From Hydrolagus colliei (lineage: Eukaryota): 64,000 nucleotides of DNA. This document shows positions 13,681 to 25,640 of this stretch, in pieces; the stretch's first letter is position 1; each line of letters begins with the position of its first letter. The notes below the pieces were generated by a model, which did not search any database, had not been told where the DNA came from, and saw nothing but the letters and a program-made list of their open reading frames with translations. Made by a program: the position numbers and the translations under genes. Location of the stretch: positions 9,176,001 through 9,240,000 of the forward strand of contig CM068759.1 of the NCBI GenBank assembly GCA_035084275.1. Reading direction: 5' to 3'.

Positions 13681-14899
13681 ACTATTCCCAAATAGTCATA
13701 GCAGCAAATGTATAACTCAATTGTTGAAAGGCTCCCACGATAGATACTGATCTCAAGGATTTTCCCAAATGTTCCCCATGTTTCCTAATAAGTTCACATT
13801 TTGTTCCTTAGCCCACGATTCTATAGCAGAATGAACTGTGTGAAAATTTACATCAGTTTGCTGCGCAGTGCATCCTTACACAGAGAGATGTGCTTTGCCT
13901 GTCATCTGCAAGATTGTCACTGGAAGCCTCTGCATGATTTTGCTAGCTTTGAACCAGTCCTGCCTGAACACAAACAGGGTCACAGCCTCACCTTAACACT
14001 CTATCAATCCAAAATGACAGCGCAGAATAGTACTGTATTAAGTAATACTGCCAGGCTGTGCCTTTTATCTCCAAAACGTTCTCCAAATTTCTATAGCATC
14101 TGCAGCTCTGTCCTTTGGGTGCAGAAATCAGATGCTGGGTAGACCATGACTTGCTAATGCAGGGCAATTAGAAGATGCATTAGATGATGGGAATCCTCCT
14201 ATATGTCTCTTGGTACGTCAGCAGAAAGTCACCAAACCTCTGTGCCCCTGTAACCACCTGGTTGTTTCATGAGACATCAATTCTTATTAGGAGCTGCATC
14301 CATTAACATCCTGTTGAATTTCCCTTTGCTGGTTTATAGACTTCATTACAGCACTTTCGAAGACCCGTTCTTGCCCTTTGCATATACATTGGAACTTAAT
14401 TATTTGTCAAACGTTATAGCAATTGATTTAGAAAGCAAAATAATGCATGGTTCACCATGAGATAAAATTTAAATGTATGCTAACTGAGAGTATTGGCATT
14501 TCACCCACCGTGTCTCATCCAAGGTTGCCTCAAAGTTAGTTATGAGTGATTGATTGCATTAGGGAGCCAGCATTTGGCAACAGGAGTTGGAGACATGCAT
14601 TGCAGCACTCCACACAATGAACACTTGTGTCATAATGGAAGTGAAAGGTGCTGAGTGGAAGTGCTTCCCTTTGAGGAGATAGTAGCGTCTGCCCAAGTCT
14701 CTTCACCAGGCATTTGCTCTCTTCCTCTGTTTCTTGGAGGCTGGTGTTGAATTGAATGTGTGGTGGCTTGTTTGCAGACTGTCCATGCGACCTGGAGCCT
14801 GTGCTAATTGCAAGACTGGGCTGTGATAATTTGTAAGCAAAGAAAGAGGTTAGGATACATCAGGTCCTGGTGATATCTGAAGGGCAAGGGTTAAAATAA

Positions 14900-15250
14900 C
14901 CCTACAAAAAGTCGAAGTTAACTGATTGGTATCTGAGCATTAAAGCTTAGACTCGATAAAATGATTTGGGTGATTTTGTCGAAAGAAGTGATTACAAGCT
15001 GATTTCTCCACTGAATGACATATGATGGTTGTATCAATAACAGTAAGGCTGAGCATCCACAGGTATCTAATTTGAACAAAATCCTTTAGTTTGTGAATGG
15101 TAACGTACATAAGAACAATTGCAGGTCACCTCTAAAGCTCTGATGGGGGGTGTTACACAGAAGTACCACATTAAAAACAATTCAAAATTCGTTGTGTTTT
15201 ATCTTGCATTTGGGGGCAGGGCATTTAAGAGAGATTTACGTTACTTTTTA
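14900..15250 (-). mobile_element. Possible Gypsy protease remnant
   Basis: ILFKLDT(C)G at ~15082-15056 followed by LTVI after a frameshift; KCPA just upstream. Confidence 0.3.
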
Positions 15251-16419
15251 ATTGTTCCAGCAGATAGGAATTAATATCTTTGCGACATCTTACCTCTCAT
15301 GTGCGCCCAATGGAGTTTCAGTCTTGCAATGTTCCTTTGCAATATTACAAAGCTCCTTCACAGTTAAACACAAGTTTCCTTGAAGAGAAATTGCATATTG
15401 TTTTCTCTTCCGCTGTAGTTAATTCAGGAACCTGAACCAATTAAATTTGAAAGTTGGACATTTGCCGTAAGGGATCATCATTAGTTTCAGGTTACAGATA
15501 AAAGTCAAAGAAATTATGCCGGTAATTTCAATGGCTCCTGATTGGAAATAATTTGGATCAATCTGATAAAATATTTCATGAAAGATCCTTACTGATGCCA
15601 TCAGCATAATGGATTTGGGGTTAAAAAAAATAACATTTCCACAGAACGCTATAAAAATGATTTTGAGCTGGACTAGTGTTAGTTATAAACTGCAATAGAG
15701 CAAATTTCATTAGCGATGCCGTCACAATATAGCTTTCCCCTCGCCCCCACCAAAAGTTTGGCATTATTTCAGGATTCCCTTTCCCAAGCCATTGATATTG
15801 CTTCGCTAGGAGTGCGGAACAAAACATTATCAATAATGGTGACAGCATCAGAGTGGAAGAAAGCCAATTCTCCAAAAATCCCAGCCATGGAACTTATTAA
15901 GCTTTATCAGGCAGGTTCTAAAAGACTGCTCTAAGTGATTCCTCAGCATATTCAGATGTCTTTTAATCTGGCTTTCAGTCCATTGCATCCCTTTCTGAAA
16001 ACATTCCTTGCACACAATATGTAAAATTGTACTATAAGTGGTTTGACTAAAAGCTGGTGCATATCTAATTGCATCTGAAGGACGGTGAGGTTTAATGTGT
16101 AAGCTTGTTGATTCCCCAGTTGAGATACCAACTAAATCTTAGGATAAAGGTTTCTGTTTAGTCAGGTTAAGTATTGAAGAAAACGATAAGACAAATGATC
16201 TCTTATCAATTTCTGTTCAATTTACAAGTTTCCACAATTAAAAATAGATGTTAAAAATAAAACTTCTGGCACTTTTAGGTGCAAATTAATTATTTGAGCT
16301 ATTTTAAGTGGCTCATTTAATCCTTGTCTTGTGGATATTGCAATTAATAAACTGAATGTGGATATAACTACTTCAATGGAAAAAACTGTGCTGAACGCAG
16401 TGGTCAAGGCGACCTTTAT

Positions 16420-16525
16420 ATAATAATAATCCTTGCATTTGATATGGAGCCTTATCATGTCGTTAAAATGTCTCAAATCACTTGACGAGATGTTTACTGT
16501 GAAGTGACTGTGTATTTTACAGACA
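16420..16525 (-). mobile_element. SINE family A 3' fragment
   Basis: TAATAATAATCCTTGCATTTGATAT. Similar short tails also at ~5145, 8850, 10815, 11905(+), 23830, 24755, 25205(+), 28560(+), 33953, 34907, 40000, 43320, 48225, 54070(+), 55050(+). Confidence 0.8.
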
Positions 16526-19500
16526 AATCATGTGTAGAATATGATTGGGTGATCTTAGCTATAAATCTGATGCGGTTGAGAATGCTTTGACCTCCTACAG
16601 AAACTTGAAACTAAAATTTGCTGATTAGACGAAGGTTTCAGTCATGTTAGATGACTACCTGGGACGCTATCCTGCATGAATGGCGCTATATAAATGCAAG
16701 TTGTTCATTATGCTTTTCACAGAAATTAATGTCACAGTGAGCCATTGGGGCAAGTTGTTGATGTGATGTTAATTCTATATGGATGAAGTGGTTTGATGAT
16801 CTGATCATCCTTTGATTTGGTGAGGTAAGAAGAAGCTACATTCTATGCCTATTCTATGAAATAAAAAAATAAGTTGATGAAAAGGAAGCTCCAAAAATGG
16901 TGACATGAAAGGGAAAAATAAACTAGCTGGTGACATCCTTCTTTGTGGCGCTCATTTAATCGGTCTGTCATCCTTGTCTTCGCTCCTTGTATTTCTTTCT
17001 TCTTGTGATTCCATACAAGGATTTGATCATCTTCATGCATACTACTTCAATCAATCATTCTCCTAACCCTCCACACACCCACACACCGACACACACACAC
17101 AAGCGCCTTTGCTGTCCTTTGTGTTCCAACAATGAGCCACCTATTTTAAATGAAATCAGACATGCCCCTGAGACAAGCTCAATCCACTACCACACTTAGC
17201 CTTCATACTCATTCACATCAGTAGCGTCTGTGAAATACACATTGCTGATCGACCTAGCCATTTATGGCTACTGTTACAAACTCTTCACGCAATAATTTTC
17301 AATTTCTTTAATATTTACAGGATTCCTCTTGGCTTCGGGTCACAAATACATCATTGGAATGCTTAACCACCATCTAATATGCACGAAGAGATGGATTGGA
17401 AGGGTACTCTCGGTCACATGGACTCTTTTGGAGCTCCATGTAAGGAAGAGCTACTGGCAAAGACAAAATGCTTTCAACCATAGGGAAGACATTTATTTTA
17501 ATGTCCTATAAAAGCAAATTCTATTTGTTTGCTCCCTTCTGACATAGACAGCCAATTTTATTCCATACTAGTCTGGCCAGCTGATAACTGCTTAGATCAC
17601 GCTGAGCAGTTGCATTTGGTGGAATCCTAAAGTTCAGGAGAAGTGTATGTGCAAACAGTAGGAGCCAGAGGATCGTTTTCTCAGATGTTTTGTGACTAAA
17701 GCAGAGCCAATGTGAAGACTGGCCTGCATTGCAGTCACTGGGGATCATGAGATAATGCCAGAGCAGTCATAGATCAGCCAACCAACTAACACATCGCTTC
17801 AAATTTCAATAATCTTCCCCTCTTGTCCTTGGTACAAAGTATGTAACTCTATTCGTGTCAGTCAACTCAATCGCAGTTGCATGGGCCCTGATAGGGAGCT
17901 TGTTTTCCACTGAAGACAAAATAGAATGTGACTGCGTTTATTCAATTGACATGAAAAATACCATAAATAATCTGGGTTTCGTGTAAACTCGCTTTATTTT
18001 TCTGATGTTCAAATCCACAGGACATCATTCCTGCAGCAGCAAACTCAGGATTATTTGTATTCAAGCACAGAGATGTCAATGCCTGGAGCCACTTTTCAAT
18101 GCACCTGGCGGAATCAGAATTAATGATATTTGCTACATCAAATGCAAGGATTGGTATAATGATCCCAATATGCTGGACGAGGCCCTAAACTTCAGAATTT
18201 CCCAATTGGGTTAATGAATAAAGTCAAGCAATTGAGACTTTGGCTAGAATTCACCTTGAGGTGAGAGCAGGCGTTTTAAAGTTACTCTTTCTGCCCCCAC
18301 CTCCCATCGGAGCTGTGTTAAATTGCTGATTGAATGATTAAATGGCTGCGGTATAAGGGTGAAGTAATGAGAGAGGCAGAGGAATGTTGCTCTTTCCAAA
18401 GCCTAATTGCTTTTCTGTAAAATATGATTTCTATTAAGTGTTTCTCTGTTTTAGAGTGTCTAGGTATTGATTGCAGGGATTACTTGTTGCATTTTTGTGT
18501 TGACTGGCCCCATTTCTCAGATGTGCTTCAGGGGACAGTACAGAAGTAATCTGTATACAGTATATTGTTGTGTTGTACTATCATTGTAATATATTTTGTT
18601 CAAATTCTCCAGTGAAATGCCATGTACAATTTATTTTAGTGTGACCTCCTATTGAAACCCCTATTGATGGTAGATGAAGCTTCTTGGTGTACAATGGGAA
18701 GAGAGGGTACGAAGGAAATCCATATTTTGCGTATAATGGATATACATTAGCTAATCGAACAGCCAAAAGCCAAGCACATTTAAAAAAAAAAATTGCATTG
18801 TCAGCCTAACTTGTCAATAACACTCTTACTTCCGAGTCAGAATTTTGTGGGTTCAAGCACCATGTCAGGACTTTGAACTGATATATTCTCATCTGAAACT
18901 TCAGTATAGTGCTGCATTGTTAGAGAAGCCGTGTTTTGAAAGAGACGTTGAACCAACCAAGGTCCTGTCTGTGACATTGCTGTCTGTAAATTAGCTTCTA
19001 GATTTGTCTGCAAAATACACAATCTCTACAATCTACAGTCAATCACGGGAAGCCCTATGGGATCTATTCCTAATGTAAAAGGCTCTATAGCAACTCCAAG
19101 GATTATTATTGGCATCAATTTTAACCATCCAAAATTGTATGGATCAAGGGTGTTCAGTGCTAGAATGACTAATATTGTTTTAAAACTTCTCTTTCATCCT
19201 AGTGGGAGCTCCTTGATTCTTGAGACCATATGATAATTCAGGACATTCAATACTTGAGAATCTATTCCAGATCATCAGGAGAAGTGGAGGGCGGGGGAAG
19301 GGACACATTTTGAAGTGCAAAAGTTGCCTATACAGTAGTAATCCCTGACTGGCTGCGAGCTGAAAGCAACAAGATTACAGAAATCGATCTCTCCATCTCA
19401 CTTTGCCCTTTTAATCGAATACGTTGGTACTTTCTTCATCCTGTCTCCGTGTTCAAAATCCAAGGTTCTGACCTGATACCATTTGAAGCCTGGTTAATTC

Positions 19501-20037
19501 ACTCTGTAGGCATTTTAAGATCCCTTTGTTATTCTTTTTTTTTTAATTGACAAAGTTGGATCAGGCAATCTAAAGCGAGCTAAGCAAGGTTCAATCCCAG
19601 GTCCTTACTATAATGTAGAGTTTGGGTATGTGCCAAATAGTGCATTACAGCAAGGTGTACAGAACAGTACAGGAACAGTCTACTTTGGCAACGGCTACAA
19701 ACTGATTAAATGCAAGCAAACTTTAAGTTTACATAAAATTATATGGAATCTACAAAACCTCATATTCATGTTCACTCTCTAGTAAGCTCCATGAAATAGC
19801 TAGACTCTCCTGTGGTGCACTCTGTGTGGGTGCTTCCTTATAGTTCACCGTTCAGGGGTAAATTCCGTGCAACAGTCCCCCCGACTTGATTCAAGAGAGG
19901 GAGGGGTGAAAATTGGAGTGGAAAAAACAAACAAATCCATCTTGTTACAAATTTTAAATATCATTAGACAATGCTGAAGATCCTTCGCAATCAAGTCCCT
20001 ATTCCAATAATAATGATAATAATCAGTACATTTGATG

Positions 20038-20115
20038 TAAGAACATAAACAATGCTAGATGAAATAAGACCAAGGTATATCTAGCTCGCCTTCCACCTTC
20101 CTGAGAGGTCGCATG
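20038..20115 (-). mobile_element. CR1 3' terminal fragment
   Basis: TAAGAACATAAACAATGCTAG...CTCGCCTTCCACC. Confidence 0.55.
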
Positions 20116-20124
20116 CACATACAC

Positions 20125-20465
20125 ATATCCCCAATCCTCAGAGGATCCAATTCAAGATCCTTGTCCTCACTTTCAAGGCCCTCCAGTCTTTCTCCCCTCC
20201 TACCTCTCTGACCTGCTGACTACCTCTCAACCTGTCCACTCCCTACATTCAGCAGGCTCCAGCCTGCTCCGTGTCTCCTGCCTGACCTGCCCTACCATCA
20301 GTGGCCAGGTCTTCAGCCTCTCTGCCTCTACACTTTGGAACTCCATCCCACAATCTCTTTGCCTTGCTCACTCCCTGGCTTCCTTCAAGGCCGGTCTCAA
20401 GACCTTCCTCTTCGACCATGCCTTCAGTCTCCCTCCTACCTCTCTGCCCTCCCTCATCCCAACCC
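20125..20465 (+). mobile_element. L2 LINE 3' region (family B)
   Basis: RIQFKILVLTFKAL...LWNSIPQSL...FKAGLKTFLF. Confidence 0.9.
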
Positions 20466-20471
20466 TGTTGT

Positions 20472-20571
20472 AAAAACAGAAATCACTGGTAACACTCAGC
20501 AAGTCAGGCAGCATCTATGGAGAAAGGAAAAGTGAGTCAACATTTTGGATCCATAACCCTTCGTCAGAACT
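20472..20571 (-). mobile_element. Second Penelope-like terminal fragment, hammerhead degenerate
   Basis: Reverse complement AGTTCTGACGAAGGGTTATGGATCCAAAATGTTGACT...GATGCTGCCTGACTTGCTGAG aligns with the copy at 2938. Confidence 0.75.
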
Positions 20572-20925
20572 ATAATTTTACCAACCATAAACGTCAAACT
20601 TACTGGCCTGTAGTTTCCTGAGTCACTTTTGTTACCCTTCTTAAAAATAGGAGTAACATCTGCCTTTCTCCAGTCCTCCGGCACCTCTCCAGTATTCAGT
20701 GATTTTTGAAAGGTTTGTGCCAACGTTTCAGTGACTTCCTCCCTTAGTTCCTCAAGGATCCTCGGATGCAATTTATCCAGCTCCTGAGATTGATTAACCT
20801 TAAGTTTACACAGCTGTTTGGCAACCTTGCTGGTAATGATATAAAGAGTGTTGCAACTTTTCTCTGCAACATCCTTTAGTTCTCTTTCCAGATCAGATAG
20901 GTTACCATTCTACTCCTTGGTAAAG
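20572..20925 (-). mobile_element. CR1 LINE ORF2 fragment (pre-RT region)
   Basis: HPRILEELREEV...FQKSLNTGEVPEDWRKADVTPIFKKGNKSDSGNYRPVSLT, a typical CR1 ORF2 motif. Confidence 0.9.
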
Positions 20926-21579
20926 ATAGTGCCTTATCTCATCAGTGAGACGTCACAAAGCGTTTCACAGGATTGAGTGACCAAATCATTATTGTTATTA
21001 TTATTTTGTTAGGAGGGTTTAGTTTCCCTAGGACAATTTGTTTTATTACACAGATATTGAATGTTGCTGCTATGAGCCAATGCATTTAAAACACATTGTG
21101 CATTTGCAGTCTATCAAATTTAAATTATTGTCACATGCATTTATCAGGCACTAACTGAATATTTTACTACTTTAGATTCAGATAATATAAAACAGTGTTA
21201 ATATAAAACAGAGTAGGTCTCCATTCCAGGAACTAAGTCTTGCAGAACATAAAGTGCTGAGTTCAACAGAAGTTAATGAAGAATATTGTATTTGGCAGAA
21301 CTTTGAAAAGAAAACAGATCTCAACAATCACACAAACTATGATGCCTTTTATGGTCAAGACAGTATGTTTTCCCCCCTTTTCTGCTTCTCAGCAGAATAT
21401 CTTCACCTCCACTTATTCAACAATAACAACAATACAATTACATTTGTATAGCGCCTTTCACGTCAGCAGGCCATTCAAACACTGACCATGTGCCATCATA
21501 AATAATTGTTGCAGCTTGTTTTGTGCTCATGCCATCAATGGGTATCGATTGTACATAATCCTTAGTCATAATATCTTAT

Positions 21580-22100
21580 GCGAGCTGAGAAACTGGGTAG
21601 TGTGTTTTACCACAGTATGTGAAGAATGGTGTAACTGTGGAGAAGGTAGGCAGCTGACTCCTGGAGATCTGTAAAACCAGCTGGGAATCCAGATCGATAA
21701 CAAAAGAGATATGCAACCTTGAGATGATCGTCCAACAGCTGAATTTCACTTTCATTGCAACAAGCTTCTTCTGCAAGTATCTGTGCAAAGTTTCACTGTT
21801 GCGTCATCTTCGGTACTTAGCTGTCTGTCCAGTGTCGTTCAAGAAAGAGGAAAATCCCCAGAGACGCAGTTGGTTTCAAATTCTCGCATTTGTAGGGCGT
21901 AACTTGCAGTATTTCACTTTGACGAGGCAATGACCATTTCAAGGGGTTTAGAAGATGGCCTCCAACCAAGGGACCAAACTTTCAATCAATTTCATCAGTC
22001 CCATCATTGAATTATTGACTCATAGAGTTTTACAGCAGTGTGTAATGTAATTCATCAACAGTGGCCGTAGCAGGGAAGCAGAGAAGCGCAAGAATACAAG
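21580..22100 (-). mobile_element. Decayed Gypsy gag fossil
   Basis: SKPLEMVIA, ASYALQMREFETNCVSGDF, FLNDT, LQKKLVA, TYCGKTHY (knuckle-like) in broken frames. Confidence 0.4.
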
Positions 22101-23002
22101 CAACAAGGGTGACCATACTCGTATGGCAGTTTGTGACCTTGTGCTCTTAAATGCCCAATACTCTGACTCGAATTATTATTGCCTGTCCATTACCAGAATC
22201 CTTATGGAGTCCCTAAACACTCCTGAAAAAATAATTATATGACCTTCTGTGATTTTTTTTTGTCAGCGTCGTGAGCTGCATTCCTGAGTGCACTTTATAT
22301 TGTTAGCTATTGGAAATTGAATACACCGGAATCCCAATGCAGCTGAATATAATCGTGTCTAAACCAGCAATGTGTGACAACTGTGGGAATCCGAAACGGG
22401 GGCCAACATGCATGTTGCCATTATGCACTGTGCGATGACGCCACTGTAACTGTTGCACACCGACAGCTATTAACCTCCCAGTAATTTTCCTGGCAGATGT
22501 AGAACATTACTGTTTGGTAATCGCATCATTTGACTATTTTAGGCTGTTTTGGCAAAACTCTAAACTTTTATTATCAGTGGACTGGATAATTCACAATATG
22601 GGTATTATATTCTCTGTTTATATATTATATAATATCTATTATATAAAATAAAAATAATCAAACATAAAAGCTAACAAAAATAACCATGCAAGTTATTCAA
22701 ACACAAAATTACACAGTGACTCCTCTTTACAGTAAATCCTTTACAGTATCCTTTGATACATTCCCCCAAAGGTGAAACACACTGCATGAAATACAAAGGT
22801 TGTTATGTATTCAGCCTCTGTTTGTAACATATTTTTTATAGAGATTAAATGCATTTGACTTATACTCCTCATTGTCAAATGTGCATCATCGCCTCGCCTG
22901 AGAGTATGGGTACGTATGCATATTTGGAAACACTTCCTGGAAAGTGAGAGATAACATCTCATTAAAATAGACCTTTGTCCCAATATTATGTTTACCCTGC
23001 AT

Positions 23003-23305
23003 GGAGTCCTGTAGCTCAGTGGTTAGATCACTCGACTTACAAGTGGGAGACCTGGATTCAATTCCAGGCAGGAATTGAAACCCTAGGCAAGTTTCCTTAC
23101 TCCACACGCCTAATAATAATCCCTCAAAAAAAAAATGGGTCATTTCAATTCATGACTGTTTGTACGACACTGCTGTATGTAATTGGCTGCCTTGTTTTGC
23201 CCACTTATATACAGTCAATTCACTTTACAGTATATTCTGTTAAGCGCTTTGAGATGCCAAGGAGTTGTGAAAAGCACTATATCAAATGCAAGGATTATTA
23301 TTATT
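23003..23305 (+). mobile_element. Full-length tRNA-derived SINE (family A: tRNA head, Deu-like core, L2-type tail, (ATT)n)
   Basis: A box TAGCTCAGTGG, B-box-like GATTCAATTCC, tail TATCAAATGCAAGGATTATTATTATT; multiple copies in window. Confidence 0.9.
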
Positions 23306-25336
23306 TGTAGTATTTCACCAAATCGACATTGTAATGGTATCTTTCACTCCTCACTTACATGGAATTGAGGCACTCAAGTGAAACCATCAAAAATCCTTTC
23401 AATGGTTTGAAATTAAGAATTAAGAGTTGAGCGAGTTCTGGAGGGGAAAGGGAAGTGACCAAATTAAATCAAACTGGGTTCTTTTACAGAATATTCATGA
23501 TGTGACAACCCAATTGAGATTGGTTGCATTCAGAATAGCCTAAATCTGAAAATATAAACTGGATGTGCAAATTTCCCTGCAATCATTGCAACTGTTGAAT
23601 AAAAAACTCAACATGTTTGCGGGAGAAATAGTTCTTAAATTGGAAGGTATCTTAACTGCCAAGTGGCAATCTCTGAGTAGTTTGTGGGTTGCTGGTGTTT
23701 TATTTGTGCACCTTGGGGAGAGGGTTAATCCTGGTGGAATTGATTGATTAGTTGATCGATCGATGATGTACCTCGTCTCTACCGCTTCAGTAACAAGCAA
23801 TTGTACCAGTTTATTTAAAAGCTGATCATGATTGATATAATCCTTTAATTTGATGAAGCACCTGTCCAGTCGAGGGAGCATCTTAAAGCGCTTCACAGGA
23901 TTGTAAGTGTAAAGTCACTTTAACTGTAAAGCACACAATTTGAAGGTGATATTCTCAGAGAATGTTGAATGAGAACCACCCAATAACATTTTGAAAATAG
24001 CCATCCGAGTATCAGTGTTTGCCTTAACTGACATACAGCAGGTTGTGTAACAAAGGTTGTGTAACAGTCTATTTTAATTAGACCAATCACTGGTTTGGCA
24101 TCCTCCTGATAGATGGTTATACCCAAATCTTGACTGTGCTAATGTTCAGCATTTCCTTTTCGGCCTGTGGCTCTCAGTTACATCAGTTTAAGATGTGACG
24201 GGCTTGTACTACAATGTGATTCACTGCAATAAGCAGGATGCAATTGGGTAAAACAATATTTTTGTTGCTGACACGTAGAAGGAAGTTGGAATGATTCCTT
24301 ATTTGTTTACATTCTCTCATACACTTACCAGAGTCTGCTGGTGTGAAATTCTACCCACTGAATAAATGCTGAAACTGTGATGCATGATATATGATCCAGA
24401 GTAGAGAAAGCAACTGTAGTAGCAGGCCAATCCCTTTACCCTTGGCCCCTGCATTTGCATTTCAGGCACAAATTTAATATGAAATATTCCATCCATTATC
24501 AGTCTACAAGTACAATAAAATCCCTGGAATATCTGTATCTGATTGAGATTGCTTGTGTGTTACTGATGATTTAATTCTTTAAATTGGGATTGTAGTTTTT
24601 TTTAACTGAAATATATTTTCAGATTAGACATCGTTAAATGAAATTCCAAATCGTAAATGCTCCCATTTTCCACGAGTTCCTATCTATAGGTGCAAAGATG
24701 GCTTGCCTTAGGTCACAATGAGTAAAGGTTTTTAACACAAACAAGCATCTGTGACAATAATAATCCTTGCATTTCATTTAGTGCCTTTATCACATCTTTG
24801 AGATACAGGAATACTTCAGACTGTGGCTTGAGTTTATTATTCTTAGAGGAAACGCCTTAAAATGCACTGTGGATTTTTGATATTCCTTCTATCTTGCCTA
24901 ATCGATTTGCAAATAATTTGGTTCAAGTATTTAATATTTCAATACGCAATAGTTATTTTGGGAGCGAGAAGTGTGTATGACATTTAAAGATTGGGAGCAT
25001 TGAGTAAGTATGAAGTTTTGGGCCAAAAGACTGCAGCACTGTTAACAGCTGAGACAACATAGTAAGTGTGGAGTGATTTATTCCCATCTCCAGATGATGA
25101 CGTACAGGGTTTGAATTCAGGCTGTCCTTGCCATTTAAGCTTTCTTGCTCTCAGAAACACCAATCCTACTGTTGCAACACTGGCCTTGCTCTGCAAAAGC
25201 ATAACTTGGTCATTCATTTTATGGCTGTTTATAGGACATTGCTGTGTGCAATTGGGCTGCCACTTTTGCTTACAAATATGCAGTCACTCCACTTGTGAAG
25301 TCCTATGAAGTGCTTTGGAATATCCACCTGATGTGA

Positions 25337-25640
25337 AACAACAACAACGATGACAACATTACATTTGTTTAGTGGCTTTCACGTTGGGAGGATGTCCCAA
25401 GGTGCTGGATGGTCAGAGTTTTGGATCCGAGTTGGGGATGGAATCGGGGAGTGAGGATGTAAAAGGAGGGGGGGGTGGGTGACTGATGGGACCATCGAAG
25501 AGGAGGGTCTTGAGATGGGACTTGAAGGAGGCTGGGGAGGGGGGGCGAGGCTGAGGGATTGCTGGATGGAATTCCATAGGTTGGGGGCAGGTGGGTCGGG
25601 GAGGAGCCCAGTGAGCAGAGGGAGCGGGCAGGTTGGTGAA
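25337..25640 (-). mobile_element. L2 LINE 3' end (family B)
   Basis: (CAA)n tail, stem-loop, SFKSHLKTLLF. Confidence 0.85.

Noticed and set aside
20496-20771. 91-aa ORF with strong protein-like motifs
   Set aside because: CR1 ORF2 fragment reading into a Penelope end, not a host gene
21961-21980. Minus-strand TTTGGTCCCTT resembling the 5' end of miR-133
   Set aside because: Only the first 9 nt match, there is no hairpin partner, and it lies within the gag-like fossil
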